Source of the DNA: Nitrosopumilus sp.
GTDB taxonomy: Archaea; Thermoproteota; Nitrososphaeria; Nitrososphaerales; Nitrosopumilaceae
Length of the DNA: 64,000 bases
Direction: 5' to 3'
Assembly (NCBI GenBank): GCA_965224195.1
Contig: OZ245040.1
Location: forward strand, 1,184,001 to 1,248,000
Shown: positions 30,569 through 41,759 of the stretch, piece after piece
Numbering within the stretch: the stretch's first letter is position 1
How the letters are laid out: each line of letters opens with the position of its first letter
Position numbers and translations under genes: made by a program
Notes under the pieces: model-generated
What the model was told of the DNA's origin: nothing
What the model saw: only the letters and a program-made list of their open reading frames with translations
The model's database searches: none

Positions 30569-32959
30569 TTATTCAGAAAGTGATTTTGTAAATTCTATTG
30601 ATTGCCTTTTCCACATAAAAACAACACATAATGCCACAAAGTAAATAGATATTCCTAAAATCATTGCATATGAAGAACCATACAGAATACCTATTACAAC
30701 TGACAAAACTGCACCAAGTACTGAAAATGAACCATTTATTGCCCACATCCAAGGAATACGTGTTGGTTCATGAGATTTTAACAGTCTCATTACTGTAGGT
30801 AATGGTATGCCCATTAGTAATCCGATTGGGAAAAGAATACCGACACTAAGCATTACTTTAATTTCAAATTCTTCTGCTATTACAGAGTAGATGATTTCAG
30901 GTAATACCATAACATATGAAATACCTATCACAAGTACTCCTGCTATAATTAATAACAGATTTCTAGTATTGTGTTGAATTAAACGAGTACTAATTTGACT
31001 GCCAACCCCACTTGCTATAAGAATAGTAAAAAGCAATATGGCAAAGGTAGTTGTAGGATTACCTAAAAGTAAAATGAATTTCTGTAATAATGCAAGTTCA
31101 ATTAAAATGAATCCTACTCCCAATGAAGAAAAATATAGAACTACACTCCAAGTTTTTAAATCTGTTTTTTCAGTATGTTGTTTCTTTAACCAAATCAATG
31201 GCCCCAAAATAAATACTAAAACAATAATCAAACTCGCGTAAACTAAAGACATGACAATTGTGGGAATGGGTTTCTCAAATGATAAAAAGAAGGGGCTATC
31301 ATCAGTTACAGGATGAACTTTTGTTGAAAATAGTGAATAGAACTCTTCATTTGTAATTTTGCCATTCAGATAGGCTGGATATGGTTCTAATGAAACTAAA
31401 TTAGGTACAAGAATTGGCTTGTATCCATTTTTAATGATTGAATCATACATGTATTGAGTTTCGTCACTGGTAAATGGAGATTTTGAAAAAATTGTCATTG
31501 TTACACTAGGATCTATTTCAACAGAATCCGAACTCACAATTATTAGATGTTTTTCTAAATCTGTAACTGCAATATCATTTTGTTGTAATATTTCAGCAAA
31601 TGTAGTTACAAATCTTGGTGAATCAATTAGCCATCTAACTGTAATTATCTTACCGTCTTCTTCTAAATGATCATAATATTCTTGAAATCCTTCAACTGTG
31701 TACAGGAAGTTTTCAGATACACCTAAACCACCAGAAGATACAGATGCCCAGGTATCGACAAATGGAATGTAAATAATATCAAACTTTTCATCTGAACGTG
31801 AAACAAAACTTCGTCCTTCATCTACGTGTGCACTGACAAACGGATGCGTATACAGATTACCTGCTTTATCGCCATAACTTTTGACAGTATCAAAAATTAT
31901 GGGATTTATTTCTACTGTGGTGACATCTTGACTTCCGCTTACAAGTGATGCAACAACATCTCGTCCACCTCCAGATCCAATTATCAGCACTTTGGGATTT
32001 TCTTTTGCTGTAAAAGGAAGATATTGCATCCAAGATGATAATTCTTTTCTAGAGTTTACATCTCCATCCCAAGAAATTATATTGGTTCCTGCACCTCCAT
32101 CAATGAAAATTTTTGCAACCAAACCCTCACCTGCACATTGTGAGGGGTTTTGATCAGTAGCAACAAAATCAGAAATACAATCTCCAGAAATTCCTTCAAC
32201 AACATCAATTCTAGAAAATGAATTCCATTCTGTTTTAACAATATGTGAGCCTGGATTCTCTCTTAGAAATATAGGCATATCTTTTTGTGCAGTTGGATCA
32301 GTGGGAATAGAAAAAACTTGAGTGACATCATTGATGTAGATTAATGATGATGCAAATACAATAAATGCAACTGATAAAAATATTTTCTTCTTATTTTTAG
32401 ATGTGATGGAAAATATAGTTGCAGAAATTGCAGCTAGTAAACCGACAACAAGTGTAGTCCCTTCACCACCTATATTTTGTAAAAGAAAAACCACTAAGAT
32501 GGCACCTAAAGAAGCACCTATCAAATCTGCAGCATATAATCGACCAGCAACATTTGCAAATGCACTAAATGCAGCAGAAATTATAATTCCTACAAAAAAG
32601 AATGGAATTGCAAAAAGAAACATGTAAAGTGGTAGATAAACAACTTGTGAAGAAAGTGAATGCATCACATACAGTATCAGTGGAAGAATAACTACAATGC
32701 CAATAGAAGATCCAATCGTGAGATCTCCTGCCCAGTTTTCTTTGATCTTTTTTAGTCTATAATGTACTAAAAGTCCTGAAGAACCTAGACCAACCAATGC
32801 CACAGAAACTGCAACAAATGCAAAATGATACCAAATTGCAGCAGAAAATATTCTTGTAATTGCAATTTCTAGAACTAGACTTGATAATGATGCAAGAAAT
32901 ATGCCAGAAAATAATATTCTACGATCAACTGATGATGGGACTATGCCTAGAAATGTCAA
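30569..32959 (-). CDS. Membrane-bound spermidine-synthase-like SAM-dependent transferase (TM + SAM domain + TM)
   Basis: N- and C-terminal TM bundles; VLIIGSGGGRDV, VEINP, DEGRSFV, ENFLYTVE, WMWAING. Confidence 0.85.
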   Translation of the reverse strand: MTFLGIVPSSVDRRILFSGIFLASLSSLVLEIAITRIFSAAIWYHFAFVAVSVALVGLGSSGLLVHYRLKKIKENWAGDLTIGSSIGIVVILPLILYVMHSLSSQVVYLPLYMFLFAIPFFFVGIIISAAFSAFANVAGRLYAADLIGASLGAILVVFLLQNIGGEGTTLVVGLLAAISATIFSITSKNKKKIFLSVAFIVFASSLIYINDVTQVFSIPTDPTAQKDMPIFLRENPGSHIVKTEWNSFSRIDVVEGISGDCISDFVATDQNPSQCAGEGLVAKIFIDGGAGTNIISWDGDVNSRKELSSWMQYLPFTAKENPKVLIIGSGGGRDVVASLVSGSQDVTTVEINPIIFDTVKSYGDKAGNLYTHPFVSAHVDEGRSFVSRSDEKFDIIYIPFVDTWASVSSGGLGVSENFLYTVEGFQEYYDHLEEDGKIITVRWLIDSPRFVTTFAEILQQNDIAVTDLEKHLIIVSSDSVEIDPSVTMTIFSKSPFTSDETQYMYDSIIKNGYKPILVPNLVSLEPYPAYLNGKITNEEFYSLFSTKVHPVTDDSPFFLSFEKPIPTIVMSLVYASLIIVLVFILGPLIWLKKQHTEKTDLKTWSVVLYFSSLGVGFILIELALLQKFILLLGNPTTTFAILLFTILIASGVGSQISTRLIQHNTRNLLLIIAGVLVIGISYVMVLPEIIYSVIAEEFEIKVMLSVGILFPIGLLMGIPLPTVMRLLKSHEPTRIPWMWAINGSFSVLGAVLSVVIGILYGSSYAMILGISIYFVALCVVFMWKRQSIEFTKSLSE

Positions 32960-33242
32960 CTAAATTTTTGTAAATTTCTGCTTTTATTATTCTTTAAAGT
33001 TCCACATCTTCTGTGTTTCATACCTTTGGCGGCTCAAAAGTATGCTGATAATTATTATGTAAGAATGTCAAATCCCAATTCTTTGTTTTCTACTAAAACG
33101 GTTCAATTAGAAGTAGCTGCAAATTGCAGATGACCTGCTGTCTTCAACAGGAATTGAAGTTCAAATCTTCTACAATCCAGACCTTTGCTGGTTTATTATT
33201 CTGCCCTAGCAGTTAAATTCTATCAAAATCAGGCATAACTGT

Positions 33243-34067
33243 TTGAAGTTTCTCACAAGTGGTAAAGTAAAGGATCTTTACGATATTGATGAATCTAGTA
33301 TTTTATTCAAATTTTCAGATAGGGTATCTGCTTTTGATGTAAAGTTTAAACAAGATATTCCGCGAAAGGGGGAGATTCTTTGTAAATTTGCAGAGTTTTG
33401 GTTTAACGAGTTATCCGTACCAAATCATTTCATCAAACGAGAATCAGATACTGAAATTATTGTCAAAAAAATGAAAATGTTGCCAATAGAATGTGTAGTT
33501 CGAGGCTATTTTTATGGCAGTCTAGTTAGTAGATGGAAAAAAGGTGAGGCAACTGTTTCTGAAGACACTGATACTACTCTTGCTGCAAAACTTCCAGAAC
33601 CGATATTTGATCCTACAACAAAATCTGAACATGATATTTCAATAAACAAAGCAAAAGCACTAGAAATGAAACTAGTTTCTGAAGAACAATATGCGTGGTT
33701 AGAAAAAACTTCAATTGATATTTACAAAAAGATGGCAAAAATTGCAGATGATGTTGGTTTTATCCTGGCTGATTTAAAATTAGAATTTGGATTATTGGGT
33801 GGTGAAATTACATTGGGTGATTCTATTGGCCCTGATGAATATCGTTTATGGCCTAAAGACTCCTTTGAAGTTGGAAAAATACAAGAGGCATATGATAAAC
33901 AACTCTTACGAGATTGGTTGACTGTAAATGGATATCAAAAACAGTTTGATGATCAGCGTGATGCGGGAAAAGAACCTGTTGCTCCGGAAATACCTGCAGA
34001 GATTATTTCCAAAATGACTAAACGTTATGTTACTGCATATGAGAAATTAACTGGTAATTCATTGTAG
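33243..34067 (+). CDS. purC: SAICAR synthase
   Basis: GKVKDLY, SDRVSAFD, PIECVVRGY, LADLKLEFG, YDKQLLRDW. Confidence 0.96.
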   Translation: MKFLTSGKVKDLYDIDESSILFKFSDRVSAFDVKFKQDIPRKGEILCKFAEFWFNELSVPNHFIKRESDTEIIVKKMKMLPIECVVRGYFYGSLVSRWKKGEATVSEDTDTTLAAKLPEPIFDPTTKSEHDISINKAKALEMKLVSEEQYAWLEKTSIDIYKKMAKIADDVGFILADLKLEFGLLGGEITLGDSIGPDEYRLWPKDSFEVGKIQEAYDKQLLRDWLTVNGYQKQFDDQRDAGKEPVAPEIPAEIISKMTKRYVTAYEKLTGNSL

Positions 34068-34412
34068 AGACATTGTCAATGTAGTGTTGACTAGAATCTA
34101 ACACTCAACTCGAATATTATTTTCGACATCTTGTGACATATCGTCCTGTAAGGTAATTTGACAACATCTTTTCCAAGATCTGCTTTTTTGATATTTTTTG
34201 AAATTTTTAAAACCGTTACAATAATTATTCATCCTATACTATATTCATTGTAGTGCTATTGATAATATCGAATACATTACAATATACTTTGTACTGGTAT
34301 CAATGAACCTGATAGCAATCCAAGATTCATTAAAGTAAACAAAAATTGATGCGATTAGACAAAAAAATATGATACACGGATCTTTTAGATCGGTTTTGAA
34401 AGGTAATTCTAT

Positions 34413-34913
34413 ATGTCTACGTTACTAGAAAAGCAAATCAAAATTAATCGTACTGTTACGACAAGTATTGGACACGCACGTGCAATTGAAGACCCTGCAC
34501 GTGCAAAAATTGTTGAAATTCTATACCGTCAAGCATTATCCGCTGATCAGATTTGTACTGCTCTAAAAAAGACGGGATACAAAAAAGCACTAACTACTGT
34601 CCGCCATCATTTAGAAATCCTAAAAACATCTGGACTAATTGAAATTGCAAGAATTGAAGAATCTCGTGGAGCTATCACAAAATTCTACAGCACATCTACA
34701 AAACTGTTGGATTTTCAGACTCCTGAAGATTTTGATTCAACATATTCTAAAATCATCATTAACACCTCGACGAAAATTGAAAAAATTCTCAAAGGATTAA
34801 CACCAAAAACTAAATCAAAAGGTAAAAAATCTGAAGAATATTCTCAATACCTTGTCATGGAGATAATGAATAGGGCGATGACCAATGTTCTTGAAAAATC
34901 TAACACAAAATAA
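34413..34913 (+). CDS. ArsR-like winged-helix transcriptional regulator
   Basis: DPARAKIVEIL...TTVRHHLEILKTSGLI. Confidence 0.85.
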   Translation: MSTLLEKQIKINRTVTTSIGHARAIEDPARAKIVEILYRQALSADQICTALKKTGYKKALTTVRHHLEILKTSGLIEIARIEESRGAITKFYSTSTKLLDFQTPEDFDSTYSKIIINTSTKIEKILKGLTPKTKSKGKKSEEYSQYLVMEIMNRAMTNVLEKSNTK

Positions 34914-35062
34914 CCAAATGAATTTGAAATGATTAATCATCTTAAACCGATCAACTCAAATTTTGTACTTGGACCAAAAATATGCAAAAAATACCCTCAA
35001 AATGCAATTGTAATGGGCAGTGTTAAAAAAATATCTGCAACAATAAGGAAAAGTGAAAACTG

Positions 35063-35467
35063 ATGGATGAAAAAGTTGTAAAACTATTTTCAGAAAAAAA
35101 CCTTGTCTTTATTGCAACAGTAATGAAAGATGGCTCGCCACAAGTTTCACCTGTATGGGCAAATTATGAGGGTGGATATGTTTTGGTAAACACTGCAGAG
35201 GGTCGAATAAAACACAAAAATGTTTTACGTGATCCTAGAGTTGCAGTATCTGTAGTTTCTAAAGACAACCCCCTTGACATGACAGCAATTCGTGGAACTG
35301 TTGATGAATTAATTCCAGATTATGAATACAAACATGCAGACAAACTAACTTTGCAATACATGGACCGTGATCATTATCCGTTCAAACGAGATGATGAAAA
35401 AAGAGTTATACTAAAAATAAAACCAAACAAAGTATTTGTTTTGCCCGAATTAAAGATGAGTGATTAG
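35063..35467 (+). CDS. PPOX-class F420-dependent oxidoreductase
   Basis: IATVMKDGSPQVSPVW, KHKNVLRDPRVAVSV. Confidence 0.88.
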   Translation: MDEKVVKLFSEKNLVFIATVMKDGSPQVSPVWANYEGGYVLVNTAEGRIKHKNVLRDPRVAVSVVSKDNPLDMTAIRGTVDELIPDYEYKHADKLTLQYMDRDHYPFKRDDEKRVILKIKPNKVFVLPELKMSD

Positions 35468-35483
35468 CAGTAGTAAATTTAGA

Positions 35484-35511
35484 ATGTTTCTAAATTCGAA
35501 TTTAGAAACAT
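35484..35511. repeat. 28-bp perfect palindrome ATGTTTCTAAATTCGAATTTAGAAACAT, copy 1 of 3
   Basis: Read directly; lies between convergent genes. Confidence 0.85.
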
Positions 35512-35555
35512 AATACATTCAGTAGGGTGAATTTAAAAAAGATAGCATAGACAGC

Positions 35556-35957
35556 TTAACGTCGACGTTTAGCTGCCTTTCTCTTTGGAGCGGCTTTGCG
35601 TTTAGAAGCAGCTTTGCGTTTTGGTGCTACTTTTCTTTTTGCTGCCTTTCTCTTTGGAGCTGCTTTTTTCTTTGTTGCAGTTTTTTTCTTTGGAGTGACT
35701 TTTCTTTTTGCTGCCTTTCTCTTTGGAGCTGCTTTTCGTTTAGCTGCAGCTATACGTTTTGGAGTGACTTTTCTTTTTGCTGCCTTTCTCTTTGGAGCTG
35801 CTCTTTTACCTGCATTCTTCCTTCGAGTTGCTGCTGCCTTTCTCTTACGTGATGCTGCTGCTTTTAGTGCTTCTGCTGCTACTTTACCTGCATTCCTCTT
35901 TCGAGTTCTTGCTGCTTTTTTAGCTGCTTCAGCTCTTTTGGCTTTAGATACTGCCAT
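35556..35957 (-). CDS. Lys/Ala/Arg-rich histone H1-like basic protein
   Basis: Repeated AAPKRKAAKRKV units; almost no acidic residues. Confidence 0.75.
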   Translation of the reverse strand: MAVSKAKRAEAAKKAARTRKRNAGKVAAEALKAAASRKRKAAATRRKNAGKRAAPKRKAAKRKVTPKRIAAAKRKAAPKRKAAKRKVTPKKKTATKKKAAPKRKAAKRKVAPKRKAASKRKAAPKRKAAKRRR

Positions 35958-36059
35958 AATATTTTGCGAAAATCATCGGTGTTATATGGTAAAAGTCACA
36001 CATTACTACGCAGTATATAGAAAAATTTGACACTTTTTTTGATTTTTTAAAATTAACGA

Positions 36060-36545
36060 TCAGCAATTTGTAAGACAAACAACAGCTGTATCAACAGTTG
36101 ATTGATCTTTTTGTGGTCGAATAATTATTTTGTATTGTTTTTCTTCATCAAATGGAACATCAAATTGTGTTGTTCTCTGAATTGGGTTATTTGGGTCAAG
36201 TCCTTCCAAAAACAAATCATTTACTGAAAATTCTCCAAAAAATGCTTTATGTTTTTGAGTTTTGTCATCTACAAAGTAAAACTGCCCTCCTGAAATCACA
36301 GTTTTTTCATCACTGATGTTTTTTGCAGTAATTCCAATCATAACAAACGTGTTTTCAGGTGTATTTTCTTTGTCTCCGTTATGGGTTCCTTCAAATGTAA
36401 TGATGTATTCTACTGGTCCTACTTTTACTGTATTTCCAACACTTGATTCGATGAAATTTGTCTCATATTGAATATACATGAACATTGCAAATCCCATTGA
36501 AGCTATAATTGCGCCAATTACAATTACTATTCCAATTCCGCCCAT
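36060..36545 (-). CDS. DUF4352-like membrane-anchored Ig-fold protein
   Basis: N-terminal TM; FVMIGITAKN...LDPN...FDVP. Confidence 0.65.
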   Translation of the reverse strand: MGGIGIVIVIGAIIASMGFAMFMYIQYETNFIESSVGNTVKVGPVEYIITFEGTHNGDKENTPENTFVMIGITAKNISDEKTVISGGQFYFVDDKTQKHKAFFGEFSVNDLFLEGLDPNNPIQRTTQFDVPFDEEKQYKIIIRPQKDQSTVDTAVVCLTNC

Positions 36546-36859
36546 TATCCATCTTGGATTATTTTTGGTATATAGTTGAAACGTAATCCGATTCTTCTCT
36601 AACGATTAATTGTAGTTAGTGCTACTGCTACCAGGAGATGAGGTTTCATGATATTATATTATGATATACTTTGATATATCTGATCTTAGATCGCAAAAGA
36701 TTTACCATATTATTAGGTTCTGGTAAATTTTGTTGATCAGATCACTAGGATCTACCAGAATCATGAGATGACTTCAACAGCAAGTAATCCTGATAAAGTA
36801 AACTCTTGTTATAGAGTTAGCCAAGTTCTTGGATATAAAATTAGAAAATCCAAACAATA

Positions 36860-37096
36860 ATGTTACTGGGGCCTGGTGGTGATTTTCAATCTTATTTCAC
36901 TATGATAGGAAAGTTGCTAGTAATTAAAAATCAAACTACACTTGCAGAATTTGATAATTTGCGTGTCAGAGTTCCAACAAAAGAAGACGGTGTGCCTTTT
37001 GTTGTATTGGGTAGAGATTCAATATTTTTCAAATACGATATTATGTTTCAAGAATCTTTATCTCAAATAAGATTAGTTGGGAAGAAATCAAAATGA
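36860..37096 (+). pseudogene. C-terminal fragment resembling a retropepsin-like aspartic protease
   Basis: VVLGRDSIFFKYDIMF resembles the LLGRD-F motif; no N-terminal D[ST]G in frame. Confidence 0.35.
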
Positions 37097-37166
37097 CAGA
37101 ATTGGAAATAACATATCTGAACTAGAAAAGATGCAAGCTCACGACAGTTAACACGAAGAAGATTTC

Positions 37167-38510
37167 ATGACAGTTCATGATAACTTAACAGAATCGTATA
37201 TAGAGACAGTTTATAAGTTTGATAACCCTCAGGCAGTCATAATCATGCGTAAATCTGAGATAGAAAACGTATTGAATATGATAAGAGCTCTGGAGAGACT
37301 GGAGATGGGCGATTTGTCAAGACTTGTACGTATAAATAACAGGATTCTTAATATGGATATTCGTCAAGATGACATATGTTATGTGCGTAATGCGTTTAGT
37401 AATATACATGACTGGAAAAAGAAAACCGCGTCTGTACAGATAAAACAGTCGAATAGGTTGTGGTATTTACTTCCAATATTTTTATCTCTTGTTGGCGGAA
37501 TTATCTCTTATGTATGTTTGCGTAAGAAAGATCCCATATGTGCATGTAATACCTTGATGTTGGGATTCATACTGTTTGGTATATTCGTGACAATCATAGT
37601 AGCTGCATATGTTACATCTGATAGTGTTGTACAGAATATTGGCCCTGATGCAAATAGGTCTTACAATGATTACATGATAACACAGACAGAGCCTGATCCA
37701 TCTGTAAATAAAATTAGTAATGATGTGTTGGACAAGGATACCATCAGTGGCACAAACTCGCTTATTTTGGAGGCGGATATGAATGTAGACAACCCAATAG
37801 AATCTATTGACAATGTATCGAATACAGAAACAATCCCGAGACAATATAAACTGCATACTATATCATATGCTGAGATTCCTGATTATGCAGACTCGGACGC
37901 AGTACTATCTGCTAGAGAATATGCTATACATTCATGGGAATCATCTAATTCATTCCTTGATTTTGAAATAGTCGAATCAGATGCAGATTTGAATATCGAA
38001 TGGGAAAAATGGATGCTTGGAGCCCATACTGTCTTTGATACAACATCTGGCGGTGATATGTATAACCGTATTGCAATCAGATTGGGCAATGATGATTGTC
38101 ATTCAGTTTATCAACCATACAGCACTGAATCGTTAAGACATACTATTGCTCATGAATTGGGGCATTATCTGGAGCTCAGGCATATAGACAACAGAGATCA
38201 TCTTATGCATTCTGAGGATTTTTTCAACACTGACTCTGCATCCATATATGATAACAAAGGTTATGTGGTGCCGAAGATCACAAACCCTGAAATCCTGACT
38301 CAGAATGGCAAAAATATCTTGTTACAGATTGAATCAACCGAAGAGATTTTGAACAAAATAGCAGTTGAAAGAAATCAAATTAAGGGGAATGTAGATCCTG
38401 ATCAAGAAGCATTGCTCTCTAATGCCGTAAGATATAACGAGATTGTACATAAATTAAATAATCTATACAAGGATCTCAAATGCTCTGAGATTGCAGATCT
38501 CTACAAATAA
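37167..38510 (+). CDS. Membrane-anchored matrixin/metzincin-like metalloprotease
   Basis: HELGHYLELRH (HExxHxxGxxH with G to E) plus Met-turn HLMH; TM module WYLLPIFLSLVGGIISYVCLRKKDP. Confidence 0.75.
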   Translation: MTVHDNLTESYIETVYKFDNPQAVIIMRKSEIENVLNMIRALERLEMGDLSRLVRINNRILNMDIRQDDICYVRNAFSNIHDWKKKTASVQIKQSNRLWYLLPIFLSLVGGIISYVCLRKKDPICACNTLMLGFILFGIFVTIIVAAYVTSDSVVQNIGPDANRSYNDYMITQTEPDPSVNKISNDVLDKDTISGTNSLILEADMNVDNPIESIDNVSNTETIPRQYKLHTISYAEIPDYADSDAVLSAREYAIHSWESSNSFLDFEIVESDADLNIEWEKWMLGAHTVFDTTSGGDMYNRIAIRLGNDDCHSVYQPYSTESLRHTIAHELGHYLELRHIDNRDHLMHSEDFFNTDSASIYDNKGYVVPKITNPEILTQNGKNILLQIESTEEILNKIAVERNQIKGNVDPDQEALLSNAVRYNEIVHKLNNLYKDLKCSEIADLYK

Positions 38511-38535
38511 ATAATCTCAATATGTTTTATTTAAC

Positions 38536-39489
38536 TTGGATTCAAATATTATCAAATACATTGACGAACTAATCAAACTTGGCAAGGGAGATGCAAAAAG
38601 ATTAGATCATATAAAAAGCATGGTTCAAAATAGCAGATCCTTGTACAATTCTGATGTATTGTATGTTGAGAATTTGAGAAAAACATATCTTGTCATAGAT
38701 CCAAAACCACAATCCGAGATTAGCTCTGATGATATACAAACTGACCAGAACTCAATTACAACAAAAAAAGACAAGACAACCGAATATAAAACCTCATTAA
38801 AAGACGATGAATCTGCAGAAAAACAAGAATCAACTTACTCTGATGCCTCTTCTGAGACAGACAATCAAAATATAGTCATAGTCAACTATCCACGTCAGTC
38901 AAGTGCTGCATGGTATCTTTTGCCAATCTTTTTCTCAATACTGGGAGGTGTAATTTCCTATCTATGCCTCAGAAAACAGGATCCTTTGCGTGCGCGTAAA
39001 ACACTCATACTGGGTTCAGTGCTTTTTACAATACCGGTTATACTCTTACTTGTTCTACTTGCATTCACATTAGAAGAAACTACCGTATTTACTACGAATA
39101 TGTCTGTTGATGAGATAAAACAAAGTGCTCTTACAGTACCTTATCAGAACCTTATGGAAGAAAGTGACATGTATGTTGGTGAAATAATCCAGTATGAAGG
39201 AAAAGTGGCTCAGGTAGTGAATAATTTCAACTCGTACGTAGTAAGAGTGAATGTTAGCAATGAACTCTTTGGAAATGATGCTATTTGGTCCAATTTCAAT
39301 TCTAGTATTGATGAGGATGTGGAATGGATGAAGCAACTTGAGAAAACACATGATCCTTTCACCCAAGATCCTCCCATGGTTCAAGTCTGGGGACTCTCAA
39401 AAGGACTTAAAGATTATGAAGGTATATTTGGAACAACTATTACCGTGCCAGAAGTGGATGTTTATATACTAGAAAGACAAAAACCATAA
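38536..39489 (+). CDS. Membrane protein with GDxxRL domain, WYLLP TM module and probable OB-fold ectodomain
   Basis: GKGDAKRLDHI...LYNSDVLYV; WYLLPIFFSILGG...LRKQDP; YQNLMEESDMYVGEIIQYEGKVAQV. Confidence 0.65.
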   Translation: MDSNIIKYIDELIKLGKGDAKRLDHIKSMVQNSRSLYNSDVLYVENLRKTYLVIDPKPQSEISSDDIQTDQNSITTKKDKTTEYKTSLKDDESAEKQESTYSDASSETDNQNIVIVNYPRQSSAAWYLLPIFFSILGGVISYLCLRKQDPLRARKTLILGSVLFTIPVILLLVLLAFTLEETTVFTTNMSVDEIKQSALTVPYQNLMEESDMYVGEIIQYEGKVAQVVNNFNSYVVRVNVSNELFGNDAIWSNFNSSIDEDVEWMKQLEKTHDPFTQDPPMVQVWGLSKGLKDYEGIFGTTITVPEVDVYILERQKP

Positions 39490-40001
39490 ACCGTTAGATT
39501 TTTTTATATTTTTGCTTAAAATTAAAGGGGTTTAGCATTTACGCACAACATCAAAAGATCATACATGTTTAGCTGGGAGAGCTTGGTGGAATTAGGGTTG
39601 CATATTGTATTTGGGCACAAGTGTTGCACCCCCCCTCCAAATACCTGATTTTGAAAAAATGAGTTTGTGCCTTGATGACTGTCACTGGGAGGGGGGTTTA
39701 GCTTTTAGGAATGAAATGCATTTAGTTTTATTTTTGTACCATTTTACGTCTAAAAAATCAAAAAAAGTTTCCTTTTTAAAATACCTGACATGTTCCTTTG
39801 ATTGACACTTTGTATCTTTTGGGTATCAAACGCACTTGTAACATTAATTTGTAGTAATGCCCTTTTGTGCCTAACTTGTTTTCATCTTTGGCCTGATCTT
39901 GTCTAAAAGGGTATAAGATGTCTGTTCGGGTTCATGTCTTTCTACACCAGTTCCATGATTCCATTGTAGTAGTCTTGTTGTAAACTTGCATCTCCATTCA
40001 A

Positions 40002-40991
40002 CTAATCCATCCTTCTGCTTTCCACTGCCTTGTTTGCACTCCTGCTATCAATCTTGTTTGATGAATTCAAGGCATGCCTTGCACATTCTAGTATAACGTC
40101 AAAGTTCTCTGGAACAATTTGTATCCTTTTTTCATGTTTGAAGAACCATCTTTTCACGTCTTTAACCCTTTCATCATCGATGTTAAACTGGTCAGGATCA
40201 CATCTGAATGCAAATCTTGCCGTCTTTTTGCTCAATATGACAAACGCAATCTTAGTCTGGTCATATCCTGCACCTGTCGTGAATTTGTACCATCTGTTTT
40301 GTGCCGAACCCACAACCTTCATCTCTTTTTCTATCCTTTCAATAAGATCTATCACGGCCTTTCTGTTTGCATCTTCTATGATGGCAAGTTTGCCTTCCCA
40401 CATGTTTGCTGCGTCGTCTCCGTCATCTGTGTATTCGTCTACATTTCCAACAACAATATCTGTACCTATCAACTGCTTGCCGTCTTTTTCATAAAACTTT
40501 ATCTCTGTACAAATTATTCTAAGCCCTCTCATGTTAAGATATCTACACATCTCTGCCGTTTTATCATCTATTCTTTCTGCAATTATGTACAAAATTTGTT
40601 CCTGGTTGAAATCTGGGACCATGCCAAATCTATCCTCAAATTTTTTATAAAGATCAACTGTGTTGCTATTTTGGTGTTTCTTTGTAATACTGTTTAGTTC
40701 GTTATAGTTTATCGACTCTACCCAACATGCGTATTCAATAATCTGTGATACAATGCTACGCGGTGTGATGTTTCTCTTTATCTCTATTATGACTATGCTT
40801 CCATTCTTGTCTATTCCCATTATGTCTATTATTCCGTTATTTCCTGTCGGAACTTGGCGTCCTATTATCATGATGTCGATTCCCAGCACTTTTGGATGTT
40901 TTTCTAAAAAATCCTCAATTGTCTTTTCCTTGTTTGTCATATTTTGTGTATATTCTACGACACTTTGATCTTGAACTGCATAGATTCCCAT
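40002..40991 (-). CDS. NucS/DUF91-like PD-(D/E)XK endonuclease with C-terminal accessory domain
   Basis: EKTIEDFLEKHP...IIGRQV...IDIMGIDKNGSIVIIEIKR...QIIEYA. Confidence 0.75.
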   Translation of the reverse strand: MGIYAVQDQSVVEYTQNMTNKEKTIEDFLEKHPKVLGIDIMIIGRQVPTGNNGIIDIMGIDKNGSIVIIEIKRNITPRSIVSQIIEYACWVESINYNELNSITKKHQNSNTVDLYKKFEDRFGMVPDFNQEQILYIIAERIDDKTAEMCRYLNMRGLRIICTEIKFYEKDGKQLIGTDIVVGNVDEYTDDGDDAANMWEGKLAIIEDANRKAVIDLIERIEKEMKVVGSAQNRWYKFTTGAGYDQTKIAFVILSKKTARFAFRCDPDQFNIDDERVKDVKRWFFKHEKRIQIVPENFDVILECARHALNSSNKIDSRSANKAVESRRMD

Positions 40992-41182
40992 ACCCGCTAA
41001 ACCCTGATGTCCTATTTTATAAATTTACATCTTGGAACAACTTGTTGTGTTTTTTGTAAATAGCATCTTGCTCCAATATGTGTTTCTGTCAGCTCTTGCT
41101 TTTGACGTATTTTTTTTCATATTTTAGAATAGTGTATTTTTGATATGGGGTCTAGGCATAAAACTGATAAATCGCCTATCTT

Positions 41183-41632
41183 CTAGAATGTTTTCAATAA
41201 AAATCTAGAAACTTTATCATATTTTTCAGAAACACTGTCTACTGCTTCAAGCATTGTCTGCTGATTGATGTTTTCCTTATCATCCATTACCACATAAACT
41301 CCAACTTTTTGTTTCCCGTCTTCTGTAATGATTTTGTTAATTACTTGTACAGAATAGCAAAAATCTGCCACTTTCTTCTCAAATCTTCCTTTCTCTTCTG
41401 CATTAAATCCAAGATATCTTGCAATTTGGCTATTTTTCATTATTACTTTGGTGCCAATTACTAGAATTCCTGGTTGTCCTTTTGGTTCAAACACATCAAC
41501 AGGAATTCCAGATTGTCCTGCATGTTTTAGAAGCATTTGAAAATTATTTTCAGGATTTTTTACTTCATCAAAAGAAAGCCCTTCATGAATAATCCATCTC
41601 TCCACATTGTCCCTCATTCTAGATGCACTCAT
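41183..41632 (-). CDS. DUF2299-like protein
   Basis: RDNVERWIIHEGLSF N-terminus; 149 aa. Confidence 0.55.
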   Translation of the reverse strand: MSASRMRDNVERWIIHEGLSFDEVKNPENNFQMLLKHAGQSGIPVDVFEPKGQPGILVIGTKVIMKNSQIARYLGFNAEEKGRFEKKVADFCYSVQVINKIITEDGKQKVGVYVVMDDKENINQQTMLEAVDSVSEKYDKVSRFLLKTF

Positions 41633-41696
41633 AGAATATCTTTGAAATTAGTTCTATATGATTCTAAATCTAAATGATTGACATGCTAAATTTAAT

Positions 41697-41724
41697 ATGT
41701 TTCTAAATTCGAGTTTAGAAATAA
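41697..41724. repeat. 28-bp palindrome, copy 2 (imperfect)
   Basis: ATGTTTCTAAATTCGAGTTTAGAAATAA. Confidence 0.8.
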
Positions 41725-41759
41725 TGATTTTCTTTACCTAGAAAGCAAGAAATTATTTA

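Noticed and set aside
35596-36030. Hydrophobic 144-aa plus-strand ORF
   Set aside because: Antisense shadow of the Lys/Ala repeat gene.
39605-39805. ORF 39605..39805 and the CCCCCCTCC/GGAGGGGGG inverted pair within it
   Set aside because: No recognisable motif or good start; the pairing is low-complexity and cannot be assigned a function from sequence.
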